Origin: a virus
IMG/VR virus record: IMGVR_UViG_3300030419_007903
Coordinates: 12,421-76,420 of that record
Reading direction: 5' to 3' (one strand)
DNA length: 64,000 bases
The notes beneath the pieces were generated by a model. It searched no databases. It was not told the DNA's origin and saw nothing but the letters and a program-made list of their open reading frames with translations. The position numbers were made by a program, and so were the translations under genes. Below, piece by piece: positions 16,286 through 25,226 of the stretch. How positions within the stretch are numbered: the stretch's first letter is position 1; each line of letters begins with the position of its first letter.

Positions 16286-18897
16286 TTTAAGTCAGAAAGT
16301 TTCATGTAAATTCTTTGATCTAAAACACTCATGTCGTTTACAAAAACAGTTCCATCTCCTTTACGGCCTGTGATTATAGCAATGGAGTCTTTTTCTGGCA
16401 AGCTTTTTCCTTTATTTAAATACGGCTGATATTCTCTCTCCATAAATATACACTTAGCCTCTGAAGTTTCATCTGACGCGACAATAAAATAATACTTTTT
16501 ATTAGTCTGTGAAGTTTTTTTAAGGCATGACTTGACCGTTCCTACAAATTTGACAAAAGCATTATCAGTAAGCTCGAATATTTCTTTGCAGGTTATCATA
16601 GAATCTTTGTCCCGGCCTCTAAATGTATCTTTAAGTTTCTTGGTATAACTATAACCTAATAATTGTTTTTCAAAATACCAATTAGCAAAATCTTCATTAT
16701 TGCCTTCATTATTTTTATCATAGATAGATTTATAGGGTTCATATTTAGCTTTGAAAGTCGCAAGGCGACTAGGCTTCATGAAAGGACGGTTATCGTCTCC
16801 CATTAGTGGAGGTTCCGTCTGCGTTGCCCTTTTAATAATTTTTAAAATGTCATAATTATATTCTTCCCCTAAAGCTTTGGCTATTCTTCTTTCTCTATCT
16901 GTTAAGATATTATAAGATTGAGCTTCTAATACTAGCCGAGCTCTAGAATTGCTCCCCGCAAAAGAGTTTAAAGTCCCTGCTTGAATCAATCCTGAAAAAA
17001 CGCCTATATTTATTCCTGCTTGCTTGGCTGCCTCAAAGACTTCAAATTTATTTAATTCCTCCGGACTACCTTTTCTGAAGGTCAGGATACTTTGAAGGCT
17101 TTTCAAGCTCACTCCTTTTATTGCGTCTAGACCATAACGAATATTTTTACCTTCAATCGAAAATTCTTCTTGAGATTTTGCTAAGTCAGGACGTAATAAC
17201 TTCATTTCATACATAGGTAATTCGGAAGCTACCTTGCTTATTTGGTCAAACGGCTCCGACTCATTTTTGGCCATCTTAAGGAGAGCTACAAAAAACTCTT
17301 GTGGATATTTAAATTTAACATAGGTTGTCCACGCTGAAAGCATAGCATAAGAAATCGAATGAGACTTATTAAAAGAATAGTTGGCACTATCTTCCGCCAC
17401 TTGCCACAATACATCTGCTATCTCCATTCCTCGATGCCCAGTCCATGCGTTAGTTAAGCGCTTTTCCTCTACTTTTTTGGCAATCTTTTCCCTCCATGCG
17501 GGCATCTGGTCAACTTTCTTCTTGCCTACAATTCGACGGAGCTGTTCCGCTTCATCTAAGGTAAATCCTACCTTAACCGCCATTTTCATTAACTGCTCTT
17601 GATAAAGCGGAATTCCTCCTGTATAATCTAATATTTCTGAAAACTCAGGATGCACTAATTCTGAGTCGCCGGTTCTAATATAAGAAGCATATTGGTCTTT
17701 AAAATTTAAAGCCCCGGGTCGCGCGATAGCTACCACCGCTGAAATCTCTTCTAAATTTCGAGGTTTTACTTTGCAGCATACATCAAAATTAGTATCTGCT
17801 TCAATCTGAAATAATCCCTGCCCTCCCCGAAAACGAAGGTCTTGTAAATTTTTATAAATAAAATCATCTTGCAAGTCAATCTTTTCAAAGTCAAGATCTA
17901 TCCCTTGCGTAGTTTTGAGCATATTTTTTGCATCATTAATCACCGTTAAAGTTTTTAACCCAAGTATATCAAATTTGACTGTAAGCTCAGCGATCCAATT
18001 CATATCATAGCAAGATATTAAATCTCCATCTTTAGTCTTTTGAATTGGACAAATATCAGTTAATTGATGATGCGAAATAGCAATCCCTGAAGCGTGAACA
18101 CCTGTGTTCTTGATTAACCCTTCGAGCTTTCGCGCTACATTAAATGCTTCAGGATGCTTCTCGGTCCAATCTGAAAACTTTTCACTCTCTTCTTTCGCTG
18201 TGTTGAGTTTGGCTACTTTGCCGAAAACCACGGGAATCTGGTCGCTAACATCATTCATTTCATCCTCACTTAAAAGGCCAACTAGTTTTCCAACTTCTTT
18301 AATGCAAAGCTTGCCGCTTAATGTAACTAAATTTAAAATTTTACATGTACGGCCTTTATATTTTCTTTTAATATATTCAATAACTTCTGATCGACGATCA
18401 TAAGCAATATCGTTATCGACATCAGCTAATAAACTTCCATCTAAATAAGTAACTCCATTTTTTTCAATTTTACGCGCTCTGGTACGGGAGACGAACCTTT
18501 CAAAAAATAAATCATATTTCAAAGGATCAACTTTAGTGACCCCTAAAAAATATAAAACTAAACTGCCTGCGGCCGAACCCCTTCCCGGCCCCGTGGGAAT
18601 ATTATTTTCATGGCAAAAATTTAAGACTTCCCAGTTTAATAATATGTAATCAACAAAACCTAATTCTTCAAAAATAGAAATTTCCATCTTCATTCGGTCG
18701 ATGTAATTTTTATCTTTTGTCGTAAAGCCTTTAGCTCGCATATTTTCACTACATAGCTTTTTAAGAAATTGCAGATTTGAACTATCTGAAGAAATGCCTA
18801 ATTCTCGATAATACTTTTCTTCAATATTGATCTTAGGAAGTAGCACTCCTGCAGGAGCGCATTCATCGTAAGTGGTAAAATTGCTATAAAAACTCAT
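16282..18897 (-). CDS. dnaE: DNA polymerase III alpha, catalytic part lacking the PHP domain
   Basis: GPGRGSAAGSLV, FERF, DVDND, HASG, KFDILGL, YQEQ, YSFNKSH, C-terminal OB fold. Confidence 0.95.
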   Translation of the reverse strand: MSFYSNFTTYDECAPAGVLLPKINIEEKYYRELGISSDSSNLQFLKKLCSENMRAKGFTTKDKNYIDRMKMEISIFEELGFVDYILLNWEVLNFCHENNIPTGPGRGSAAGSLVLYFLGVTKVDPLKYDLFFERFVSRTRARKIEKNGVTYLDGSLLADVDNDIAYDRRSEVIEYIKRKYKGRTCKILNLVTLSGKLCIKEVGKLVGLLSEDEMNDVSDQIPVVFGKVAKLNTAKEESEKFSDWTEKHPEAFNVARKLEGLIKNTGVHASGIAISHHQLTDICPIQKTKDGDLISCYDMNWIAELTVKFDILGLKTLTVINDAKNMLKTTQGIDLDFEKIDLQDDFIYKNLQDLRFRGGQGLFQIEADTNFDVCCKVKPRNLEEISAVVAIARPGALNFKDQYASYIRTGDSELVHPEFSEILDYTGGIPLYQEQLMKMAVKVGFTLDEAEQLRRIVGKKKVDQMPAWREKIAKKVEEKRLTNAWTGHRGMEIADVLWQVAEDSANYSFNKSHSISYAMLSAWTTYVKFKYPQEFFVALLKMAKNESEPFDQISKVASELPMYEMKLLRPDLAKSQEEFSIEGKNIRYGLDAIKGVSLKSLQSILTFRKGSPEELNKFEVFEAAKQAGINIGVFSGLIQAGTLNSFAGSNSRARLVLEAQSYNILTDRERRIAKALGEEYNYDILKIIKRATQTEPPLMGDDNRPFMKPSRLATFKAKYEPYKSIYDKNNEGNNEDFANWYFEKQLLGYSYTKKLKDTFRGRDKDSMITCKEIFELTDNAFVKFVGTVKSCLKKTSQTNKKYYFIVASDETSEAKCIFMEREYQPYLNKGKSLPEKDSIAIITGRKGDGTVFVNDMSVLDQRIYMKLSDLK

Positions 18898-19526
18898 ATC
18901 TCTACATTCCAAATAAGTTTATTAAAAATTTTGAGAGTCATCTCGACATCATAAATCGCATCGTGCAGCTTCTTTGGGTCAAATTCAATATCAAACTCTT
19001 GCAAAAGAGTTTGTTGTCTAGTTTTTAGGCCTCTCTGTATATAGTTGTTAAGCTTACATTGCCAAAAAGTTAAATTACCATCGGGCTGCTTTAGTCCTAA
19101 CTTATAGGCTTTAGCGATACAATTTGTGTCTATAATTCTATTCATATAACTATAATCAGTTTTTTTGCCGCACATCTTTCTTAATATGTTATGAATGTAA
19201 ACATCAAAACCAATTACATTGTGACCTATTAAAAGATAATCCTGATTATATAAATAATTATCAAAAAACTCTAGAACCTGCGCCGGCTTTTTCTTTTTTT
19301 TATCATGAGTTGACTGATTAAATCCAGTAATTTTTTTTGCCTCTGGGGAAATATCTAAGTCTGGTACATCAATATGAAGATCGTATCGATTAAGTATGTT
19401 ATTGCCTTCTGTGACAATAAAGCCTAATTGCCACGGTCGAGAGTATCTTAGGTTTAAACCCTCGGTTTCAAAATCGAATACAATATATTTCTGCTTCTTT
19501 CTAAAACGTAATAAACTATTGGTCAT
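18894..19526 (-). CDS. DEDDh 3'-5' exonuclease (DnaQ/epsilon-like)
   Basis: FDFETEGL, GHNVIGFD, LHDAIYDV. Confidence 0.9.
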   Translation of the reverse strand: MTNSLLRFRKKQKYIVFDFETEGLNLRYSRPWQLGFIVTEGNNILNRYDLHIDVPDLDISPEAKKITGFNQSTHDKKKKKPAQVLEFFDNYLYNQDYLLIGHNVIGFDVYIHNILRKMCGKKTDYSYMNRIIDTNCIAKAYKLGLKQPDGNLTFWQCKLNNYIQRGLKTRQQTLLQEFDIEFDPKKLHDAIYDVEMTLKIFNKLIWNVEI

Positions 19527-19966
19527 TTTTTCTCAATCTTACAGAAATCAAAATATTCCGAACCATAATCGATAGTTAACTCAGATTCGGCTTTAATATC
19601 CCTGTTCGCTATATAAGAACATAGGAAGCGATTCTTGTCAATAAAATAATCTATATTATTGTTATCCGCGTGATTGTATATCATGCCAAAGCCTAAAACC
19701 ACAACGGGGCGCGTAGCGTGCTGACTTAATATCCCGTCATGCTCATCACAAAACTCTTTCCAATCTTTACGAAGCTCTACCCAAGGTAAAGCGTAACGCT
19801 TTAATTCTGGATCGCAATCTTCCCATTTGTTATTTTTTAATAAAATTAAATGGGCTTCCTCTATAGTATCTCCCTTTTTAAGATTATGAGTGCAAAAAAC
19901 CCCGCGTCCTTCAATGGGTGATTGACGAATTTCTAAATGGGGAGATAAAGATAATTTATTATTCAT
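19523..19966 (-). CDS. SET-domain protein-lysine methyltransferase
   Basis: SPIEGRGVF, IYNHA, RDIKAESELTIDYG. Confidence 0.92.
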   Translation of the reverse strand: MNNKLSLSPHLEIRQSPIEGRGVFCTHNLKKGDTIEEAHLILLKNNKWEDCDPELKRYALPWVELRKDWKEFCDEHDGILSQHATRPVVVLGFGMIYNHADNNNIDYFIDKNRFLCSYIANRDIKAESELTIDYGSEYFDFCKIEKK

Positions 19967-19971
19967 ATAAA

Positions 19972-20059
19972 TGGTACCGATGGCCGGACTCGAACCGGCA
20001 CTCCTTCAACAGGAAACGGATTTTAAGTCCGTCGTGTCTACCAATTCCACCACATCGGC
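19972..20059 (-). tRNA. tRNA-Leu (anticodon UAA), CCA encoded
   Basis: GCCGATG acceptor, GGTAGAC D-loop, ACGGA-CTTAAAA-TCCGT anticodon arm, long variable arm, GGTTCGAGTCC, ACCA. Confidence 0.95.
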
Positions 20060-20485
20060 TTTAGTGAGCCAACTACTGCTTTGTATTTTTTCCCCAAGGC
20101 CATAAATAGTTCTAACTCCTATTTGTTTACAAATTTTATGCTCAGGGGTATTTTTACCGCTTGTGCGATCTCCTCCATTGCAAAACATCATGTCCTCGTA
20201 TTTACTTTTATAAAGAGCCCTCACCCATTCCAACGTATTACAAACCGTATCGTCGGTATCAGCAGATTCTATTACTATATCCACAGGTTTTAAAGATTCT
20301 ATGATTTTTATTCTTTCATTTAAAGGCATGAAAGGCTTTCCTTTCTTGCGCTCAAGAAAAGCATCGTCATTGACAATAACACATAAATCGTCTGCCATAC
20401 TTTTAGCTTTCTCAAAAAGCTCAATATGGCCTACGTGAACAGGGTCAAAACCACCGCTTACTATTGCTAATTTATTTTTACTCAT
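20006..20485 (-). CDS. Cytidylyltransferase-family nucleotidyltransferase (HxGH; RfaE-II/TagD-like)
   Basis: SGGFDPVHVGH, NGGDR, KIQSSSW; 3' end overlaps tRNA-Leu. Confidence 0.9.
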   Translation of the reverse strand: MSKNKLAIVSGGFDPVHVGHIELFEKAKSMADDLCVIVNDDAFLERKKGKPFMPLNERIKIIESLKPVDIVIESADTDDTVCNTLEWVRALYKSKYEDMMFCNGGDRTSGKNTPEHKICKQIGVRTIYGLGEKIQSSSWLTKADVVELVDTTDLKSVSC

Positions 20486-20546
20486 ATTTTACCATACCCA
20501 AACCATATAGTCGTAGTCTTCTACATCGGTAGGTAAAATGTCGTAA

Positions 20547-20774
20547 TTACTCTTCAATTGGTAAGACATCGTACATTTTGTGAATTGTTTCTTTAATGGC
20601 AGTATATTCTTCCTCCACTAAAATAGTTCCTCTTCTTAATTGAATATTAGTGTTACTGCTGCCTTTAGAATCTACGGGAGAAAAAGAAGAGATCTTTTCC
20701 ACGTTAAGAGAAATAGGTCTTTTATGTCCCGCCGTGATTCCACCTGTTATTATTTCAGTTAATTGTATAAACAT
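20547..20774 (-). CDS. FlbD-like small protein
   Basis: MFIQLT...ISLNVEKISSF...ILVEE pattern. Confidence 0.6.
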   Translation of the reverse strand: MFIQLTEIITGGITAGHKRPISLNVEKISSFSPVDSKGSSNTNIQLRRGTILVEEEYTAIKETIHKMYDVLPIEE

Positions 20775-20776
20775 AT

Positions 20777-20893
20777 TTATTTAATAAAAATTTTATAACA
20801 CTTTTTGCAAAGCAACGAAAGCTTGCCTTTTGTTTGTACCCATGTCAAGTCAATTTCATCAAAAGGTTTTTTACAATGGGTACAGTTGCACAT
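20777..20893 (-). CDS. 38-aa zinc-ribbon micro-protein
   Basis: Own translation MCNCTHCKKPFDEIDLTWVQTKGKLSLLCKKCYKIFIK (CxxC...CxxC). Confidence 0.65.
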   Translation of the reverse strand: MCNCTHCKKPFDEIDLTWVQTKGKLSLLCKKCYKIFIK

Positions 20894-20894
20894 T

Positions 20895-20927
20895 ATCTAT
20901 CGTCCACTTGCTTTTGTTTTTCTGTCG
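20895..20927 (-). promoter_or_regulatory. Bipartite motif CGACA-N14-AGTGGACGATAGAT (copy 1)
   Basis: Identical blocks and spacing at 40697-40729; both end 1 nt before an ATG. Confidence 0.65.
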
Positions 20928-20952
20928 AAAATTTTTTTGCCTTCTTAAAGGA

Positions 20953-21029
20953 TGGTACCTCGGGCGGGACTCGAACCCACAACATTCTGCTTAGAAGGCA
21001 GACGCTCTATCCAGTTGAGCTACCGAGGC
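20953..21029 (-). tRNA. tRNA-Arg (anticodon UCU), CCA encoded
   Basis: GCCTCGG acceptor, AGCTCAACTGGATAGAGC, TCTGC-CTTCTAA-GCAGA, GGTTCGAGTCC, ACCA. Confidence 0.95.
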
Positions 21030-21046
21030 AGGGCATTCAGCACCGT

Positions 21047-21277
21047 TTAATGTCCGTTCATCTTCTTGAGCTCTTTATGTATCTCGAAAACGACGAGCAT
21101 TAATTCTGCATAAATGCGAACCGCTATTGGTCCTAGCACTATCATGCTAATTCCTGTAATGGAATCTACGCTTAATGTCATTATACCCATGATAACAACA
21201 ACAAGCATCCCTATATAGCTGAGGATTTTTAAAACCCCCGGCGTAATCATGTATTCATAATTTAAGAATGTTTTCAT
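21047..21277 (-). CDS. DUF4282-like membrane protein
   Basis: MITP..LK, two TM segments, RIYAELM..F.IH..L. Confidence 0.75.
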   Translation of the reverse strand: MKTFLNYEYMITPGVLKILSYIGMLVVVIMGIMTLSVDSITGISMIVLGPIAVRIYAELMLVVFEIHKELKKMNGH

Positions 21278-21286
21278 GTCTTTATT

Positions 21287-21640
21287 TTATTTGATCACTC
21301 GATAACTATCGCTATCTTCGTGAAAAGTACTTATCTCTATAAATTTAACTTGCTGTCCGGTTGCGCAAAGGCGATGAGGGATGAGAGGGTTAATTTCAAA
21401 ACTATCCCCAGCCATTAAACAATGCAATGACTCTTCAGTCGTATCAGTATCAACTGTAACCAACTCTAACTCCCCTTCTATAACATAAAAAGTTTCATGT
21501 TTATTAGCGTGAAAATGCAATGACGTACTGCATCCGGGATTGATTGTTAAAATTTTTCCACAGTAATCATGCTCTTTATTATTAGCAAGCCACAGCTCGC
21601 TTCCCCATTCTTTTATTACGGTTTTTGTTGCTATTTGCAT
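21287..21640 (-). CDS. Cupin (sugar isomerase-like)
   Basis: KEWGSE, SLHFH..KHETF, PH, EIST. Confidence 0.85.
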   Translation of the reverse strand: MQIATKTVIKEWGSELWLANNKEHDYCGKILTINPGCSTSLHFHANKHETFYVIEGELELVTVDTDTTEESLHCLMAGDSFEINPLIPHRLCATGQQVKFIEISTFHEDSDSYRVIK

Positions 21641-22314
21641 GTCGTGATGCTCTCCTCTTGTTTAGTCCATATATCTTTAAAGGTTTCAGTTAAATATAAA
21701 AAATTATCTTCACTTAATATTTTTTTTGCATAACCCGGCTCACCGGAAAAAATATGATCTCCATGGATGCCGGAGTCTTGATCGGTTTCGTGAAAATCTT
21801 TAAGTTTGTTTTGTATATTTTTATTAAAATCAATACTTGTCTTTTTTTCTATTTCTTGACGTTTATTCTTTTCAATTTTTACACCAAAAAATTCTTCAAA
21901 TTTATCGAATATATAATTATGATTACAAAAAAGTTTTTCATATTCTAAAAAAAGCATATCTCCTTTGTAGTTAGTTTTTGCGTATTCCACGCACTCTAGC
22001 TCCCACTTATAATTATCTATCGTAAATTCTAATACTTCTGGAGCATTCTTTCTCAAATGAGTAACTTTTTCGTCAAAGCCGGTAAGAAAGTGGGGAATGC
22101 TATCAAATTGAGATACGCGGCACCACGATAAAAAAGAATCTACTTTATCCCTCTCGGTAATAATACAAGGGAAAGTGCTATTAGTGTATTCTTCTCCCAT
22201 CTCTTTAGCGTGTATCTTTAAAACATTTGTAAATAGTTCGCGGGCGCATTGCCATACAACAGTAGAACCTGTTCGCGAAGCACTAAAAATAAGTATAGTA
22301 TCTTTGGGTGTCAT
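21631..22314 (-). CDS. Sulfotransferase-like protein
   Basis: SASRTGST PAPS-binding-like loop, RD..DS..S, YE.L; start set at MTPKD. Confidence 0.6.
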   Translation of the reverse strand: MTPKDTILIFSASRTGSTVVWQCARELFTNVLKIHAKEMGEEYTNSTFPCIITERDKVDSFLSWCRVSQFDSIPHFLTGFDEKVTHLRKNAPEVLEFTIDNYKWELECVEYAKTNYKGDMLFLEYEKLFCNHNYIFDKFEEFFGVKIEKNKRQEIEKKTSIDFNKNIQNKLKDFHETDQDSGIHGDHIFSGEPGYAKKILSEDNFLYLTETFKDIWTKQEESITTCK

Positions 22315-23066
22315 TTTTCTAAAAAGCTCTCCATGCAAAATTCGTCGCTTCCACATCCGTCTAATTGAGGTGTTTTAATAGAAGCTCGTTTGCTAAAATT
22401 ACGATTAGTTATCATCTTGTAAGTTTGAAAAGCTGTAAAATCTTTTCGATTTCGATAATAAATAGACTTTACTTCTTGAGTCGGAAATTTATTTAACTCA
22501 GTAAAATCTAAAACAGCATCTCTTAAAAGGTTGTCATATGGGAGGCCGTTGTCTTCTAAAAAGAAAATAGGATTGTAGTAATCAAAGCTGTGCATAAAAT
22601 TAGCCCCATACTTTAAATTATTTTGATATATAAAGGAGTCATAAAAAGGTATCGCTAACATTAGGTCCTTCTTGGTCCACATTTTTTTAAGATCTGGCTC
22701 AGTGATCTTGCCGCCGTGATCACAGAATACTTTAGAATAAATCTTATATAATTTTTTTACGCCCCTATCTCCTTTTGCAAAAATTACTATTTTATGAGAA
22801 GGGACTTTATTTTTTTCCACCTCGTATTGCTGGCACAAGTTAATACGAATGCCAAAGATGAGCTTGAGTTTGTTCTCCTCGCATCGTTTCTTCGTTTCGA
22901 GAAAGCCGTGCATCGAATCCTCTATGATTACAACTTCTTTTAAACCAGCATCTAGAGCAATATCTATAACACTATCAGGTCCGTTTTTATCTACTTTTGA
23001 TGGACAGTTAAGGGTCAAGATTGATTTCCCAATACTGTAGTGAGTTTTGAACAATGGTATAACCAT
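22311..23066 (-). CDS. Stand-alone PHP domain of DNA polymerase III alpha
   Basis: FKTHYSIGKS, EDSMHGF, IFGIRI, IVIFAK..G.K.L.K match the DnaE N-terminus; start set at MVIPLF. Confidence 0.8.
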   Translation of the reverse strand: MVIPLFKTHYSIGKSILTLNCPSKVDKNGPDSVIDIALDAGLKEVVIIEDSMHGFLETKKRCEENKLKLIFGIRINLCQQYEVEKNKVPSHKIVIFAKGDRGVKKLYKIYSKVFCDHGGKITEPDLKKMWTKKDLMLAIPFYDSFIYQNNLKYGANFMHSFDYYNPIFFLEDNGLPYDNLLRDAVLDFTELNKFPTQEVKSIYYRNRKDFTAFQTYKMITNRNFSKRASIKTPQLDGCGSDEFCMESFLEK

Positions 23067-23072
23067 ATGAAA

Positions 23073-23101
23073 ATAATAAAACAAATAAGAAAAGCTGTCA
23101 A
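23073..23101 (-). promoter_or_regulatory. Sigma70-type promoter
   Basis: TTGACA-17-TATTAT, 6 nt before ATG 23066. Confidence 0.75.
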
Positions 23102-24129
23102 GTATAATTCCACCTAGGGCAACCTGCATAACGCATCTTTTTGATATATTGATCAGGGCCACGCTTATTTACAAGCAGATAATAATTTTCAGGAAACTCT
23201 GTTTTAATTAATTTTCCCTCTTTATCATATAACGCATAATATTCAAAAGGAAACTTATAGACACAGTGCCACATCGGGTTTCCGTCTTTTTTAAGTTGGC
23301 CGCGATATTTAGCAAACCCGCACACAATTTGCCCGCCAAAGCTTCCATCTTTTGGGCGAGGTTTGTCGGCTGCATAGTTTGCTTTAGCATGCCGTTCTGA
23401 AAACTTCTCTAGGTAAGCTTGAGATTTAGTAAGTTCAATTTCAAATTTATTTAACTTAGTTGCCGAAAGCTTTTTCATCTTCATAGTGCCTTTGCCATTA
23501 AGATCAAATTTTAAAAATAAAAATTCACTGCGTCTGTTTTTGTAATCAGGAAAAAGTTTGCGAACCGCTAGGCAATATATATAATCTTGAAGATTTTTAG
23601 TTTCATCTTCTCCTTTGAAAATCTGCTTACTGGTTTTGAAGTCTCTTATTACAGCAGCATGATTCTTTTTATATAAAAAAAGCTTATCAATAAAACCTTT
23701 AATACAATAATTTTTTTCATCTTCTTTAATGTGAAGATCAAATTCGTATTCTGTATGGGATTCAGTGGGTTTAATTTTTGCTCCTCCAAAAAAATCATAA
23801 TTTAACCCAGTTAAAGTCATTTGTTTTATCAGCTCTATGTTTTCATCATCATCTACATCAAGCTTTTTGGCTTGAATGTATACTAAACGCTTGATTGAGT
23901 CAACTGCAAATATGTCTTGGGCTTTAATTATTTTAGTGAATTTTTTCTTATGCCTTTGATGGCCCAAACATTCAAAGATTAAATGGCAAATGCTGCCTCT
24001 AGCTGCGCCGTCGTTTGTTTTATCTGGTAATTTTAAATGATATTTAGCCCAATAAAGCCAGCTACAAGTTTTGGCGGTTTTAAGCCTACTTGCGGAAAGT
24101 TTAACTATAGGTTTAGAATCGCTCATCAT
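23098..24129 (-). CDS. PD-(D/E)xK exonuclease (RecB/Cas4-like)
   Basis: LSASRL...C, GSICH, GFIDKL, RDFKTSK, Q..IY, C-terminal cysteines. Confidence 0.85.
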   Translation of the reverse strand: MMSDSKPIVKLSASRLKTAKTCSWLYWAKYHLKLPDKTNDGAARGSICHLIFECLGHQRHKKKFTKIIKAQDIFAVDSIKRLVYIQAKKLDVDDDENIELIKQMTLTGLNYDFFGGAKIKPTESHTEYEFDLHIKEDEKNYCIKGFIDKLFLYKKNHAAVIRDFKTSKQIFKGEDETKNLQDYIYCLAVRKLFPDYKNRRSEFLFLKFDLNGKGTMKMKKLSATKLNKFEIELTKSQAYLEKFSERHAKANYAADKPRPKDGSFGGQIVCGFAKYRGQLKKDGNPMWHCVYKFPFEYYALYDKEGKLIKTEFPENYYLLVNKRGPDQYIKKMRYAGCPRWNYT

Positions 24130-25226
24130 CCTTCTAGGTACTTTTGCAAAAAATTAATTTTCGATTGCAATTTTTTCTTATTAGAAATAATACGTGAACC
24201 TTGGCGCGATTCCAGCGTTTTGAGTATAAAATTTAATTGTTTATCAGCATTTACTTTCTTGTCGAGCCAAGTTTTAAAGCAATCATTTATATGAAGATCT
24301 GAAAGATCATTAGCTTGAGGTAGCTTGATAGATAATTTTGACACGTCAAAAAAGTCCATTAACCTAATGAAGTTTTTTATAGCGGCTTCAAGTCCCACAT
24401 TGATCTCTTTATGATTGTCATTATTAGCCGCAATTATAATTTGCGCGGGATCTAAAGAAACTAATTGGCAAATCTGTTTGGAGCTCAAAGTTAAACCAAA
24501 AGTAACTATATGGTTAAACATTTTATTTTCACTTAAAGCTAAACTGTCCCCTACGCTCTCAACAATTATAACTTCCTTTTTTTTCTGAGTGTCTTCTAAG
24601 AAAGGGTATGCGCCATCAATGGGCAGGTAAAGAGGGTATATCCAATTTTTCCGTTGACCAATGTGTTTCCATTTAGGGAAAGTAGATACTTCGGATTGAT
24701 ACCTTAACGAGCGGCCAGTATATCCAATGATATTCTCAGGCACCTTCTCTTGGAAAATTGGAAAAGTATACCGACCATTCATTTTTCCAACAGTAGCGTA
24801 ACCGCCTTGGTACATCTTTAAAGTATCTAATGATATCTTCTTATCTAAATAAAATTTATGATGAGGAAGTAATCTTTTCAGGTCTTCTGTACTGTAAACT
24901 TGATCCATACGAATTTTAACTCTATTATCTTTTTGTTCAACAAAATCTAAATGCGCACCATCTACTTTAACATATTTTTCAATCTGTTTTTTATCACTAG
25001 TTCCAAGAGCCTTACCGACTAATCTAAAAAAGGGCTGGTGCTTTCCTTCCTCTACAAAGTCTCGCCAAACACCTGAGTTCTTATAAATTTGTATAGCTGT
25101 AGGGTTGTCGCCATTCCTCCATATAGCCGATGTCTGCCAGTAAGTCCCCCTGTCGCTTAACTTAAACCCCAATTGGCTTAAAGCCTCATGGATCTCAGTT
25201 GGCTCCAAAGTGGGGTACTGGGTCAT
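24126..25226 (-). CDS. DnaG-like TOPRIM primase
   Basis: GYTGR, PKWKH, IIVESVGD, NND; adjacent to dnaB. Confidence 0.8.
   Translation of the reverse strand: MTQYPTLEPTEIHEALSQLGFKLSDRGTYWQTSAIWRNGDNPTAIQIYKNSGVWRDFVEEGKHQPFFRLVGKALGTSDKKQIEKYVKVDGAHLDFVEQKDNRVKIRMDQVYSTEDLKRLLPHHKFYLDKKISLDTLKMYQGGYATVGKMNGRYTFPIFQEKVPENIIGYTGRSLRYQSEVSTFPKWKHIGQRKNWIYPLYLPIDGAYPFLEDTQKKKEVIIVESVGDSLALSENKMFNHIVTFGLTLSSKQICQLVSLDPAQIIIAANNDNHKEINVGLEAAIKNFIRLMDFFDVSKLSIKLPQANDLSDLHINDCFKTWLDKKVNADKQLNFILKTLESRQGSRIISNKKKLQSKINFLQKYLEG

Noticed and set aside
16282-23066. Split intein or intron joining PHP and DnaE
   Set aside because: No intein N- or C-terminal blocks at the ends, and the interval is filled with ordinary genes
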